Below, in pieces: positions 29,323 through 38,294 of a stretch of 64,000 nucleotides of DNA. A program made the translations under genes and the position numbers. Numbering within the stretch: position 1 is the stretch's first letter; the number at the start of each line of letters is the position of its first letter. The stretch comes from Abditibacteriota bacterium (GTDB lineage: Bacteria; Armatimonadota; UBA5829), in contig JAFSVJ010000009.1 in assembly GCA_017445025.1 (NCBI GenBank), positions 1,536-65,535 on the forward strand, in the 5' to 3' direction. The notes beneath the pieces were generated by a model. That model was given only the letters and a program-made list of their open reading frames with translations. It was not told the DNA's origin and did not search any database.

Positions 29323-30945
29323 ATGATAGAAAAGATAAGAATTATTAATTTTAAAAAATTTAGAGACATTACTATAAATTTAAATGAAAATATTAACATT
29401 ATTGTTGGAAATAATGAAGAAGGTAAATCTACTATTTTGGAAGCTTTAAATTTAGCTCTTACAGGATTTTATCGAGGAAAGCCAATTAATAATGAATTAT
29501 CACAGTATTTGTTTAATAATGATGTTGTTATTGAATATCTTAAGTCATTACAAACAGAAAAAATAACAGATCTGCCATGTATTAAGATAGAAATATATTT
29601 TTCTACTGGAACAGCCCCTATTTTTGAAGGAAATAAAAATATAGATAATGAAGATAATGAAGGATTTACTTTTCATATAGGTTTTAATGAAGATTACAGA
29701 GAAGAATATGATTTTTATATTAGAAATAACCAAATAGACAATTTACCTATTGAATATTATGAAGTTTGGTGGGAAACTTTTGCTCGTGACAAAATCACTA
29801 CAAAAAAACTTCCTATTAAATCTTTTATGATTGATTCTTCAAATTATAAATATACAAATAGTTCCGATATTTATATATCAAGAATAGTTAATAACATTTT
29901 AGATAAAAAGGATATTCTATCTATTGCTCAATCACATAGACGTTTAAAATATAAATTCAGTGAAGAAGATTCCATAAAGAATATAAATTCTAAAATATCC
30001 AAAGATTTATTCATAAATGATGATATAATTAACTTAGGTGTAGAAGTAGATACTAAGAACGCTTGGCAAAATAGTTTGGTTGTTCAAGTTAATGATATTC
30101 CTTTTGAAAATATAGGAAAAGGAACGCAATGTATATTTAAGACAAAAATGTCATTACTAAAAAACAAAGATAATCAAAATTCTGTAATTTTAATTGAAGA
30201 GCCTGAAAATCATTTATCATATTCTAAATTAAATGAATTTATAAAAATTATTAAAGATATTAACATTGGCAAACAAATCATAATGACAACTCATAGTAGT
30301 TTTGTAGCCAATAAATTAGGATTAAACAATTTAATATTAATAAATGACAAAAATGTATTAAGAATAAGTAACGTTAAATCATTTGATTTCTTTAAGAAAA
30401 TTCCAGGATATGATACATTAAGATTTTTACTATCAAAGAGAGTAATTTTAGTAGAAGGGCCATCAGATGAATTAGTCGTTCAAAAAGCTTATATGATGCA
30501 TAATAATGGTAGAATACCTATTATGGATGGAATAGATGTTATTTCCGTAGGAACTGCTTTTTTAAGATATTTAGAATTAGCTATCAGACTAAATATTAAA
30601 GTGAGTGTTATGATTGATAATGACGGAAATATTAAAGCAATAGAAGAAAAATATAGTGATTATAAAGATAATAAGAATATAACTATATGCTATGATGAAG
30701 AAGTTAATGATAAAAAAGAATCATTAGGTGAAAGGTTTAATTATAATACATTAGAGCCTAATTTGTTGAAGGTTAATAGTATAGAAGTTTTTAATAAAAT
30801 ATTAAATATGTCCTTTATTACAGAAAAAGACTTATTACAATATATGAAGAATAATAAAACTGATGTTGCTTTAAAAATATTTGAAACAAAAGAAAACATT
30901 AATTTTCCTAATTATGTATTAAAGGCTATTAATAATGAAGAGTAA
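29323..30945 (+). CDS. OLD-family ATP-dependent nuclease (N-terminal ABC-type ATPase plus C-terminal Toprim), GajA-like
   Basis: Walker A IIVGNNEEGKSTILEAL. Walker B-like VILIEEPENHL. C-terminal Toprim ILVEGPSDELVVQ. Confidence 0.65.
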   Translation: MIEKIRIINFKKFRDITINLNENINIIVGNNEEGKSTILEALNLALTGFYRGKPINNELSQYLFNNDVVIEYLKSLQTEKITDLPCIKIEIYFSTGTAPIFEGNKNIDNEDNEGFTFHIGFNEDYREEYDFYIRNNQIDNLPIEYYEVWWETFARDKITTKKLPIKSFMIDSSNYKYTNSSDIYISRIVNNILDKKDILSIAQSHRRLKYKFSEEDSIKNINSKISKDLFINDDIINLGVEVDTKNAWQNSLVVQVNDIPFENIGKGTQCIFKTKMSLLKNKDNQNSVILIEEPENHLSYSKLNEFIKIIKDINIGKQIIMTTHSSFVANKLGLNNLILINDKNVLRISNVKSFDFFKKIPGYDTLRFLLSKRVILVEGPSDELVVQKAYMMHNNGRIPIMDGIDVISVGTAFLRYLELAIRLNIKVSVMIDNDGNIKAIEEKYSDYKDNKNITICYDEEVNDKKESLGERFNYNTLEPNLLKVNSIEVFNKILNMSFITEKDLLQYMKNNKTDVALKIFETKENINFPNYVLKAINNEE

Positions 30946-32032
30946 GCTAATAATGGCATGTGCCGGTTCCGGAAAAACTACTTATTTGATAGAACGAGCT
31001 TTAAAAATAAAGGACAAAAGCATATTAATTACTACATATACTAATTCTAATGAACAAGAGATAAAGAATAAATTTATAGATAGAATAGGTTATATCCCAA
31101 AAAATATAACTATCCAAACTTGGTTTTCATTCTTATTACAGCATTGGGTTAGACCTTATCAAAGTGTAATATATGATTGTGACATCAAAGGAATAGATAT
31201 TTCAGATAAAAAATCTACTAAATATGTAACAGAAAACAATGCTAAAGAATATTATTTTAATAGTAAAAATGAAATATATCGAGATAATCTCTCTAAATTT
31301 GCTTTTAAAGTAAATGAAAAAACTGAAGGAAAACTTATAGCCAGATTAGAAAAAATATATCAATATATTTTTATTGATGAAATTCAAGATTTGGCAGGAT
31401 ATGATTTAGATTTAATAAATGAAATAGTTAATTCTAGTATTTGGTTAATAATGGTTGGTGATAGAAGACAAACTGTTTATATTACACATTATGAAAAACG
31501 CAATGAAAAATATAGAGGAAAAATTGATGAATATGTGATAGATAAACTAACAAATAAAGTTTACATGGATGTAAAATCCTTATCTAATAGTTATAGATGT
31601 AATCAAAAAATATGCGATTTTGCTAATGATGTTTTTAAAGATTTGCAACCTATGAAATCGTCAAACAAACAAAAAACAGAACATGATGGTGTTTTTTTAG
31701 TTAGACCTTGTGATATAAATGATTATTTGATTAAGTTTAGTCCTGTTCAGCTACGATATAGCAAATCTATAAAGGTAAATATAAATTATAAAGCTTATAA
31801 TTTTGGTGAATCAAAAGGTTTAACTTTTGATAGAGTATTAATATATCTAACTAAAAATCAAACTGATTGGTTAAAAAATCATACTATAAAGTTAAAAGAG
31901 CCGGAAAAATTATATGTTGCTATTACAAGAGCTAAATATAGTGTTGCAATTGTATTTGATGAATTAGATAAATATCAACCAAAACATACAGAAGTGTATC
32001 CTTATAAAAGAGATTTATTTACACTTGATTAG
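30935..32032 (+). CDS. Compact UvrD/PcrA-like SF1 helicase, GajB-like
   Basis: Motif I ACAGSGKTT, Ia TYTNSNEQEI, II FIDEIQD, III MVGDRRQT, V GESKGLTFDRV, VI VAITRAKYSV. Overlaps the OLD-like gene by 11 nt. Confidence 0.6.
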   Translation: MKSKLIMACAGSGKTTYLIERALKIKDKSILITTYTNSNEQEIKNKFIDRIGYIPKNITIQTWFSFLLQHWVRPYQSVIYDCDIKGIDISDKKSTKYVTENNAKEYYFNSKNEIYRDNLSKFAFKVNEKTEGKLIARLEKIYQYIFIDEIQDLAGYDLDLINEIVNSSIWLIMVGDRRQTVYITHYEKRNEKYRGKIDEYVIDKLTNKVYMDVKSLSNSYRCNQKICDFANDVFKDLQPMKSSNKQKTEHDGVFLVRPCDINDYLIKFSPVQLRYSKSIKVNINYKAYNFGESKGLTFDRVLIYLTKNQTDWLKNHTIKLKEPEKLYVAITRAKYSVAIVFDELDKYQPKHTEVYPYKRDLFTLD

Positions 32033-32192
32033 TCTTTTACTAATTATTAATTTATAAAAGTGTATTTTTAATTGAGTACATTATGGCAAAAACGAATGAA
32101 TAAATATGTATATTTTTAAACCTTTAAATTAAATGGGTTAAAGATTTTATTCCAAAATGTATAATAATAATATTAAATGGAGAAATTTTAAG

Positions 32193-34730
32193 ATGAATAA
32201 GAAAGGTTTTAATTATGTTGAGTTATTGATAATACTTGCGATTATAGTAGTTGTATCTGCTGTTGTATATCCCGTTATTGGTGCAAATAGTAGGTTTGTT
32301 GAAGATGAAAGTGTAAGAGAAACTTGTATTGATAATGTTGCTAAAATAACTAAAGCACTTTTGATGTATATTGAAGATTGGGATAATACAACTCCGAGAT
32401 GTTACGGTCCCGGATCAGGTGCAACAATAGCTACCTTCGGTGCTAAATTAAACGACGGTCGTCCTAATGGTATAGGTTGTTTGTATGACTATGTGGCCGG
32501 TGAAGGTGCTTTTGATAGCTTTATAAATACAGGGAAAAACCCTGAAGTATTAAAATGTCCTAATGATGAAGTATGGAGTAATACAAATTGGTGTTGTTCT
32601 TACTTCTGTGGACCAAGTCCATATTGGTTTTGGGAAGGAGGAACAGACAATTGGGGTAAAGAAGGTGAATCCATATCAGAATATGAAAATCTTTCCACTT
32701 CTGCTGCTATAATTGAATCAAGACAATTTTTCTATTGGAGAAGTTGTGAAAAAAAAGGGCATAATTATACTACCCCTTGTGGATTTTTAGACGGACATGT
32801 AGAAGTATTTCCTGTTTTAACTCCGAAGCAGTTATATAGAGATCAAAATCAAGATTATGACTGGGAAATCACTGCCGGATGGGGCCCATGTGATGCTCAA
32901 GGTAATATTAGTTGGGGTGAAACAAGTGAATATTGGAATCCACAAATATATTATTATTTTTATTGGTCACATGATAATGATATTCAATGGGTACTATTAA
33001 ATGAAGAAAATATTACAATAGATCAAGGAAAAGCTTACACTGATCTATCTGTTTCTATTTTACCTGAAACTGCTTCTGATATTGATATTGAATTTACATG
33101 GTCTTCGAGTGATGAATCTGTTGCTACAGTAGATCAAAATGGTGTAATAAATGCTATAGGTGAGGGCAAAGCTATTATAACTGTTAAGGCTAAATATACA
33201 GATTATTATGGTAATTATAATAGAGAATTAACTGATGAATGTGAAGTGACAGTTATTCCACCGGAACCTACATCTATTACAATAGATAAAACAAGAATAA
33301 TGATTGTGGGTCAAACTTCTTCCATTACTGCTAATATTTTACCTGAAAATGCAAATCAAAGTGTTGTTTGGTCAACAAAAGATAAAAATATTGCTATTAT
33401 TTCAAACGGTAAAATTACGGCTGTAGGAGTGGGATCGGTTTATATCATAGCTTATACTTATGATAAAAAATTATATGCTAAATGCAAAGTAACGGTTCTT
33501 CCGGAACCCGAGTCTATAGTTCTTGATAAAACAAAAGAAACTGTTTGTATAGGAAAGACAATAGACTTAAACGCAACTGTTCTTCCTAAAAATACACTTC
33601 AAGATGTTGTATGGATATCTAAAGATAAATCTATTGCTACTGTATCAAACGGTAAAGTTAAAGGTGTAAAAGAAGGAATTGTTAAGATAAATGCATATAC
33701 TTATGATAAAAAGTTATATGCTTCCTGTAAGGTAACAGTTGTTCCTTATCCTGCGTCTATTACTCTTGACAAAAAAACAGAAACAGTATGTATTGGTAAA
33801 ACTGTAGACTTAAAGGCTACAATATTGCCTGCTAATGCGCCTCAAGATGTTGTATGGATATCTAAAGATAAATCTATTGCTACTGTATCAAACGGTAAAG
33901 TTAAAGGTGTAAAAGAAGGAACTGTTAAGATAAATGCATACACTTATGATAAAAAGTTATATGCTTCCAGTAAGGTGACAGTTGTTTCTTATCCTGAGTC
34001 TATTACTCTTGATAAAACTTCATCTTCTGTAGTTGTCGGAAAGAAAATAACATTGAAAGCAACTGTTTTACCTATCAATGCTCTTCAAACAGTTGTTTGG
34101 GTAAGTAAAGACAAATCTATTGCTACAGTATCAAACGGACAAGTTAAAGGTGTAAGTCCGGGGACTACTTATGTAAATGCATATATTTATGATAAAAAAC
34201 TTTATGCTAAATGTAAGGTGACAGTATATCCGGCACCTACGGAAGTGGTCTTGAATAAAACCTCTATGACCGTTTATGTTGGAAAGACAGGAACATTAAC
34301 AGCTTCTGTTTTGCCTGAGGGTGCTGTTCAAAGTGTCACCTTTGAATCCTCAGATACAAGCATAGCAACAGTTAATTCAAATGGTCTTGTTAAAGGATTA
34401 AAAGTAGGATCTACTACTGTCATAGTCAGAACAAAAGACAAATCCAAATACAAAAAGTGTAAAATAACCGTTAAGAATAAACCCGTCACGGGAGTATCAT
34501 TAAATAAGACATCTTTAACTTTGGCAGTGGGAAAGTCAACAACTCTGACTGCAACCATAAAACCTTCTGACGCAACCATTAAGACTGTCACTTGGACATC
34601 TTCAAACACCAAGGTTGCAAAGGTATCTTCTACCGGAAAGGTGACAGCTGTGGCCAAAGGCACCGCTACCATATCTGTCATAACAACTGACAGTTCTAAA
34701 AAAGCCACCTGTAAGGTGACAGTAAAGTAG
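32193..34730 (+). CDS. Prepilin-type N-terminal domain protein with about 8 tandem Big_2 (bacterial Ig-like) domains
   Basis: N-terminus MNKKGFNYVELLIILAIIVVV is a pilin-like cleavage/methylation motif. Repeated ...SSDESVATVDQNGVINAIGEGKAIITVKA...KVTV units. Start chosen at 32193 (RBS ggag). Confidence 0.7.
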   Translation: MNKKGFNYVELLIILAIIVVVSAVVYPVIGANSRFVEDESVRETCIDNVAKITKALLMYIEDWDNTTPRCYGPGSGATIATFGAKLNDGRPNGIGCLYDYVAGEGAFDSFINTGKNPEVLKCPNDEVWSNTNWCCSYFCGPSPYWFWEGGTDNWGKEGESISEYENLSTSAAIIESRQFFYWRSCEKKGHNYTTPCGFLDGHVEVFPVLTPKQLYRDQNQDYDWEITAGWGPCDAQGNISWGETSEYWNPQIYYYFYWSHDNDIQWVLLNEENITIDQGKAYTDLSVSILPETASDIDIEFTWSSSDESVATVDQNGVINAIGEGKAIITVKAKYTDYYGNYNRELTDECEVTVIPPEPTSITIDKTRIMIVGQTSSITANILPENANQSVVWSTKDKNIAIISNGKITAVGVGSVYIIAYTYDKKLYAKCKVTVLPEPESIVLDKTKETVCIGKTIDLNATVLPKNTLQDVVWISKDKSIATVSNGKVKGVKEGIVKINAYTYDKKLYASCKVTVVPYPASITLDKKTETVCIGKTVDLKATILPANAPQDVVWISKDKSIATVSNGKVKGVKEGTVKINAYTYDKKLYASSKVTVVSYPESITLDKTSSSVVVGKKITLKATVLPINALQTVVWVSKDKSIATVSNGQVKGVSPGTTYVNAYIYDKKLYAKCKVTVYPAPTEVVLNKTSMTVYVGKTGTLTASVLPEGAVQSVTFESSDTSIATVNSNGLVKGLKVGSTTVIVRTKDKSKYKKCKITVKNKPVTGVSLNKTSLTLAVGKSTTLTATIKPSDATIKTVTWTSSNTKVAKVSSTGKVTAVAKGTATISVITTDSSKKATCKVTVK
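33480..34230 (+). repeat. Intragenic tandem repeats, period of about 242 bp (Big_2 domain units), including 75-bp perfectly identical stretches
   Basis: gatgttgtatggatatctaaagataaatctattgctactgtatcaaacggtaaagttaaaggtgtaaaagaagga occurs identically at 33603-33677 and 33845-33919. Confidence 0.8.
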
Positions 34731-34744
34731 TGATTTATACAACA

Positions 34745-34790
34745 AAAAACCAAGCAAAATTGCTTAATTTTACTTGGTTTTATTCGTAAT
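34745..34790 (+). terminator. Rho-independent terminator (A-tract, stem aaccaag...cttggtt, T-tract)
   Basis: A 7-bp stem enclosing an internal caaaattg palindrome, then ttttatt. Confidence 0.5.
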
Positions 34791-34823
34791 AAACTACAAA
34801 TAGAATACAAATTGTGTTTAAAA

Positions 34824-34845
34824 AAGCTCGGGAAACCGAGCTTTT
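34824..34845 (+). terminator. Second copy of the aagctcgggaaaccgagctttt hairpin terminator (candidate attR-side island boundary)
   Basis: A 22/22 identity with 14119-14140 in the same orientation. Confidence 0.6.
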
Positions 34846-34873
34846 TTATTAACTTTATATTTTTCTGTAAATA

Positions 34874-34882
34874 TGGTATAAT
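34874..34882 (+). promoter_or_regulatory. Extended -10 promoter (TGgTATAAT) for nadA
   Basis: tggtataat lies 36 nt upstream of the nadA ATG. RBS ggggtaaaatt. Confidence 0.45.
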
Positions 34883-34917
34883 ATAAGTGTAAAAAAATAT
34901 TTTTTTGGGGTAAAATT

Positions 34918-35811
34918 ATGACAGAAAGAATCAAACAACTTGCCAAAGAGAAAAATGCTGTTATACTGGCTCACAACTACACTCCTCCGGAAATCCAAGA
35001 AATAGCCGATTATACAGGCGACAGTTTGGAGCTGTCCCGTATCGCCGCAAAAACCGAAGCAAACACCATTGTATTCTGTGGAGTTCACTTTATGGCTGAA
35101 ACCGCCAAAATTCTCTCCCCGGAAAAGACTGTCCTTATCCCGGATGAGAAAGCAGGCTGTCCCATGGCAGACACTATTACCCTTGAAAATTTACGTGATT
35201 TTAAAGCCAGATACCCGGGCCTTCCGGTAGTGGCTTATGTAAATACAACTGCAGAAATTAAATCCGAAGTTGATATATGTTGCACCTCAGGAAACGCCCT
35301 TAACTTGGTTTGTAAATTACCTTATGATAAAATGTTATTCGTTCCGGATAAAAACTTAGGTGCATATATACAAAAACTGGTTCCGGAAAAAGAACTTATC
35401 TGTTGGCAAGGGGGTTGTCCCGTTCACCAAAGAATCACAGATATAGATATTTCCAAATGCAAAAGAGAACACCCGGAAGCCTTGGTAGTGGCTCACCCGG
35501 AATGTGCTAAAGAAGTTTTGAATCTTGCAGATATAATTGCAAGCACCAGCGGTATGATTAGAGAGATTACAGCAAGTAAGGCAAAAGAATTTATCATCTG
35601 CACCGAAAGAGGTCTTATTCATCAATTCCAAAAAGCAAATCCGGATAAAATTTTCTATAACCCCTCTCCCATAAACATTTGTCCTAACATGAAAAAGAAT
35701 ACCATGGAAAAACTTCTCAACTGTCTTGAAACGGGAGAAGGTGAAATTATCCTCTCTGAAGATATTATCAAAAAAGCCAAAACTGCCATTGAACGAATGA
35801 TTGAGTATTAG
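34918..35811 (+). CDS. nadA: Quinolinate synthase A
   Basis: VILAHNYTPPEIQEIADYTGDSLELSR and ...CTSGNAL... are the NadA Fe-S enzyme signatures. 297 aa. Confidence 0.92.
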   Translation: MTERIKQLAKEKNAVILAHNYTPPEIQEIADYTGDSLELSRIAAKTEANTIVFCGVHFMAETAKILSPEKTVLIPDEKAGCPMADTITLENLRDFKARYPGLPVVAYVNTTAEIKSEVDICCTSGNALNLVCKLPYDKMLFVPDKNLGAYIQKLVPEKELICWQGGCPVHQRITDIDISKCKREHPEALVVAHPECAKEVLNLADIIASTSGMIREITASKAKEFIICTERGLIHQFQKANPDKIFYNPSPINICPNMKKNTMEKLLNCLETGEGEIILSEDIIKKAKTAIERMIEY

Positions 35812-35820
35812 GAGATAGAT

Positions 35821-36666
35821 ATGTTATATTTAGATCCAAAATATATTACCCAAAAAGTGACGGAAGCTCTTATGGAAGACGCTCCCTACGGAGACATTAC
35901 CACACAGTTTACCGTAGACCATGACGTTGTTGTGACCGGAAAGCTTTGGGCAAAAGCCCGGGGCATTCTCTCCGGTATAAATGTAGCTCGTGAAGCTTTT
36001 AGGTTATGTGACGAAAACATTATTTTCACTCCCCTTAAATCTGACGGTGAAGAGTTAAAATATGGTGACACCATAGCAACAGTAAAAGGTATGTCAAGCC
36101 CTATTCTCACAGCTGAGCGAATAGCTCTTAACTTTATGCAGAGAATGAGCGGAATTGCCACCATGACCAAAAAATATACGGATTTGACTTCTCACACCCA
36201 TGCCAAAATAGTGGACACAAGAAAAACCACTCCCCTTTTAAGAATGTTTGAAAAATATGCCGTCCGATGCGGTGGCGGTGTTAATCACAGAACCGGTCTC
36301 TCCGACGGAATTTTGATAAAAGATAACCACATTATAGCCGCCGGTGGAATTACAGAGGCTATCACCAGGGCAAGAAGTGAAGCAGCTCACACTCTTAAAA
36401 TTGAAGTGGAAATAAAATCTTTAGATCAATTAAGTGAAGCTTTAAATGCAAAAGCCGATATAATAATGTTGGATAATTTCTCTCTTGAAGATATGAGAGT
36501 GGCAGTTGAAAAAGTTAATGGCAAAGCTCTCCTTGAGGCCAGTGGCGGAATAAACGAAACCACAGTCAAGGAAATTGCGGAAACGGGAGTTGACATTATA
36601 TCTTCCGGTGCCTTAACTCACTCTGTAAAAGCTTTGGATATATCATTGGATCTTGACAAAGAATAA
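35821..36666 (+). CDS. nadC: Nicotinate-nucleotide pyrophosphorylase (quinolinate phosphoribosyltransferase)
   Basis: IVDTRKTTPLLR...IIMLDNFS...SGG conserved NadC blocks. Lies adjacent to nadA. Confidence 0.92.
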   Translation: MLYLDPKYITQKVTEALMEDAPYGDITTQFTVDHDVVVTGKLWAKARGILSGINVAREAFRLCDENIIFTPLKSDGEELKYGDTIATVKGMSSPILTAERIALNFMQRMSGIATMTKKYTDLTSHTHAKIVDTRKTTPLLRMFEKYAVRCGGGVNHRTGLSDGILIKDNHIIAAGGITEAITRARSEAAHTLKIEVEIKSLDQLSEALNAKADIIMLDNFSLEDMRVAVEKVNGKALLEASGGINETTVKEIAETGVDIISSGALTHSVKALDISLDLDKE

Positions 36667-36689
36667 ACTTGTTATTTCAAATATCACCC

Positions 36690-36900
36690 CCCTACGTCCG
36701 AGCGGGTGGCTAAAATTATTAGGCTTTTATCGTAAAATTTGCAGTTTTGCAAATTTTACTCCTGACCACCCACCGGCTTCGCCGGTCCCCCCCTCCTTGA
36801 AAGGAATTTGCTGTTGCAAATTCAGTTCAAAGAGGGTGAATCTAACAACTGAGGCCTTTTGCCGCAATTCAACCCCTTACGTAGTAGGGGGAGGAGTTGT
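36690..36900. repeat. Reverse-orientation copy of the mosaic intergenic repeat (core aggcttttatcgtaaaatttgcagttttgcaaattttactcctgaccaccc plus cccccctccttgaaaggaatttgctgttgcaaattcagttcaaagagggtg)
   Basis: Reverse-complement matches to 5100-5240. It generates the spurious ORF 36653-36928. Confidence 0.8.
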
Positions 36901-36924
36901 AGTAATTTATAATTTTCTAAACAC

Positions 36925-36954
36925 TTGACAAAAACACCAAAAATATGTTATAAT
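36925..36954 (+). promoter_or_regulatory. Sigma70 promoter TTGACA-18-TATAAT for tRNA-Ser
   Basis: ttgaca (36925-36930), tataat (36949-36954). tRNA 5' end at 36967. Confidence 0.6.
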
Positions 36955-36966
36955 ATATATTGCGGC

Positions 36967-37058
36967 GGAAGAGTGGCTGAGTGGACGAAAGCGGCTGCCT
37001 GCTAAGCAGTTGTACCTAAATACTGGTACCTCGGGTTCGAATCCCGACTCTTCCACCA
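36967..37058 (+). tRNA. tRNA-Ser (anticodon GCU), long variable arm, encoded CCA
   Basis: Acceptor stem ggaagag/ctcttcc, T-arm tcggg-ttcgaat-cccga. Anticodon loop cuGCUaa. A long variable arm fits class II tRNA-Ser. Ends ...cca followed by a T-run. Confidence 0.8.
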
Positions 37059-37088
37059 TTTTTTTTGATACGGATTGATTATATATAA

Positions 37089-38165
37089 ATGTTGAAAACA
37101 GTTAAAATTTTAATATATATACTTATGATAGGCATACTTTCTCTTCCTGTTTTTGCCTCTTCTCCCATTACAGGTGAAGAATATGTAAAAGCCCTAAGAG
37201 AATTAAAGCCTTCAAAAAGCATTCAATCTCTTCTTGAAGACCCACAATCCGGCTGTGGATATGTGGAAGTCAGAGGAAAGGTTATAAATATTTTTGAATT
37301 TGGCACGAATAGGTTTTTCACTCTCCACTTTGAAGGTGAAAACAACCCAATTGAATTTATTTATGTAAATTTTCCGGAAGGCACCGAAAAAGAAGATTTT
37401 GAAAACAAAAATATAGCCGCTATTTTAAAATGGGATATTTTGTCACTTAACCAAAATATCATCCAAACCATTGAATTAAATCAAGACCAACACTACGACA
37501 TAGAAAAGTGTGCTTTTCTTGAAGCTGTTGAAGAATACGAATCCCAACTCACTTCCAAAAAGCCAAAGAGCAAATCTATGATTCATCAGTTTGGAAAACC
37601 CGCAACCTTTGTTTTACCCGCAGAACTTGCCACTCCTGAGGAATTGGCTGAAAACAGCGAATATATGAGCTATAATATTCAATCCACCGGAAAGAATAAG
37701 ATTATAACCATTATAAAATCCGTTAACAAAGACATTTCCGACACATTGACAATGGCTTATGCAGACTTTATTTTAACATATTCTTCCGCTCATGGTGTAG
37801 ACCCCTTATTTGTCTGTGCAATTTTAACACAGGAATCAAAATTCAAAAACACTGCCACTTCATACAGAGGTGCACAGGGATTGGGACAACTTATGCCCTT
37901 CACAGCCAAAGGTTTGGGAGTTTTAAACGCCTACGACCCGCAACAAAACATTTACGGAACGACCAAATATTTAAAAAACGCCTCCGGTCAACTGTTTAAC
38001 AAATATCCCAAGGAATTAAATATTAATCAGTTAAAACTTTTGGCAGCCTCATACAATGCAGGCCCGGGTGCTGTTAAAAAATATGGAGGAGTTCCACCCT
38101 ACTCCGAAACTCAAAACTATGTAGTTAAAGTCTTGGGATATTACTATAAATATTTGAATATATAA
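37089..38165 (+). CDS. Secreted lytic transglycosylase (SLT domain)
   Basis: Signal peptide. CAILTQESKFKNTATSYRGAQGLGQLMPFTAKGLG matches the SLT catalytic ES...GLMQ...T motif. Confidence 0.8.
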   Translation: MLKTVKILIYILMIGILSLPVFASSPITGEEYVKALRELKPSKSIQSLLEDPQSGCGYVEVRGKVINIFEFGTNRFFTLHFEGENNPIEFIYVNFPEGTEKEDFENKNIAAILKWDILSLNQNIIQTIELNQDQHYDIEKCAFLEAVEEYESQLTSKKPKSKSMIHQFGKPATFVLPAELATPEELAENSEYMSYNIQSTGKNKIITIIKSVNKDISDTLTMAYADFILTYSSAHGVDPLFVCAILTQESKFKNTATSYRGAQGLGQLMPFTAKGLGVLNAYDPQQNIYGTTKYLKNASGQLFNKYPKELNINQLKLLAASYNAGPGAVKKYGGVPPYSETQNYVVKVLGYYYKYLNI

Positions 38166-38174
38166 ATAAAAAAA

Positions 38175-38197
38175 GGAGCCGAAAAGCTCCTTTTTTT
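38175..38197 (+). terminator. Rho-independent terminator
   Basis: ggagcc-gaaaa-gctcc plus T7. Confidence 0.6.
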
Positions 38198-38294
38198 AAT
38201 ACATATCACAAGGCCCCCCAAAGTAATACGGTCAAAATCTTTTTTAAAAGGGGAGATATTTGTGATTTGGAAAAATAATGCTATGCATTACTTT

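Noticed and set aside
36653-36928. 91-aa ORF and the 140-aa ORF at 57063-57485 sharing the peptide FYRKI.SFANFTPDHPP
   Set aside because: Both lie entirely within copies of the intergenic repeat family. The shared peptide is simply the translated repeat core. No RBS, and composition atypical of the genome's proteins.
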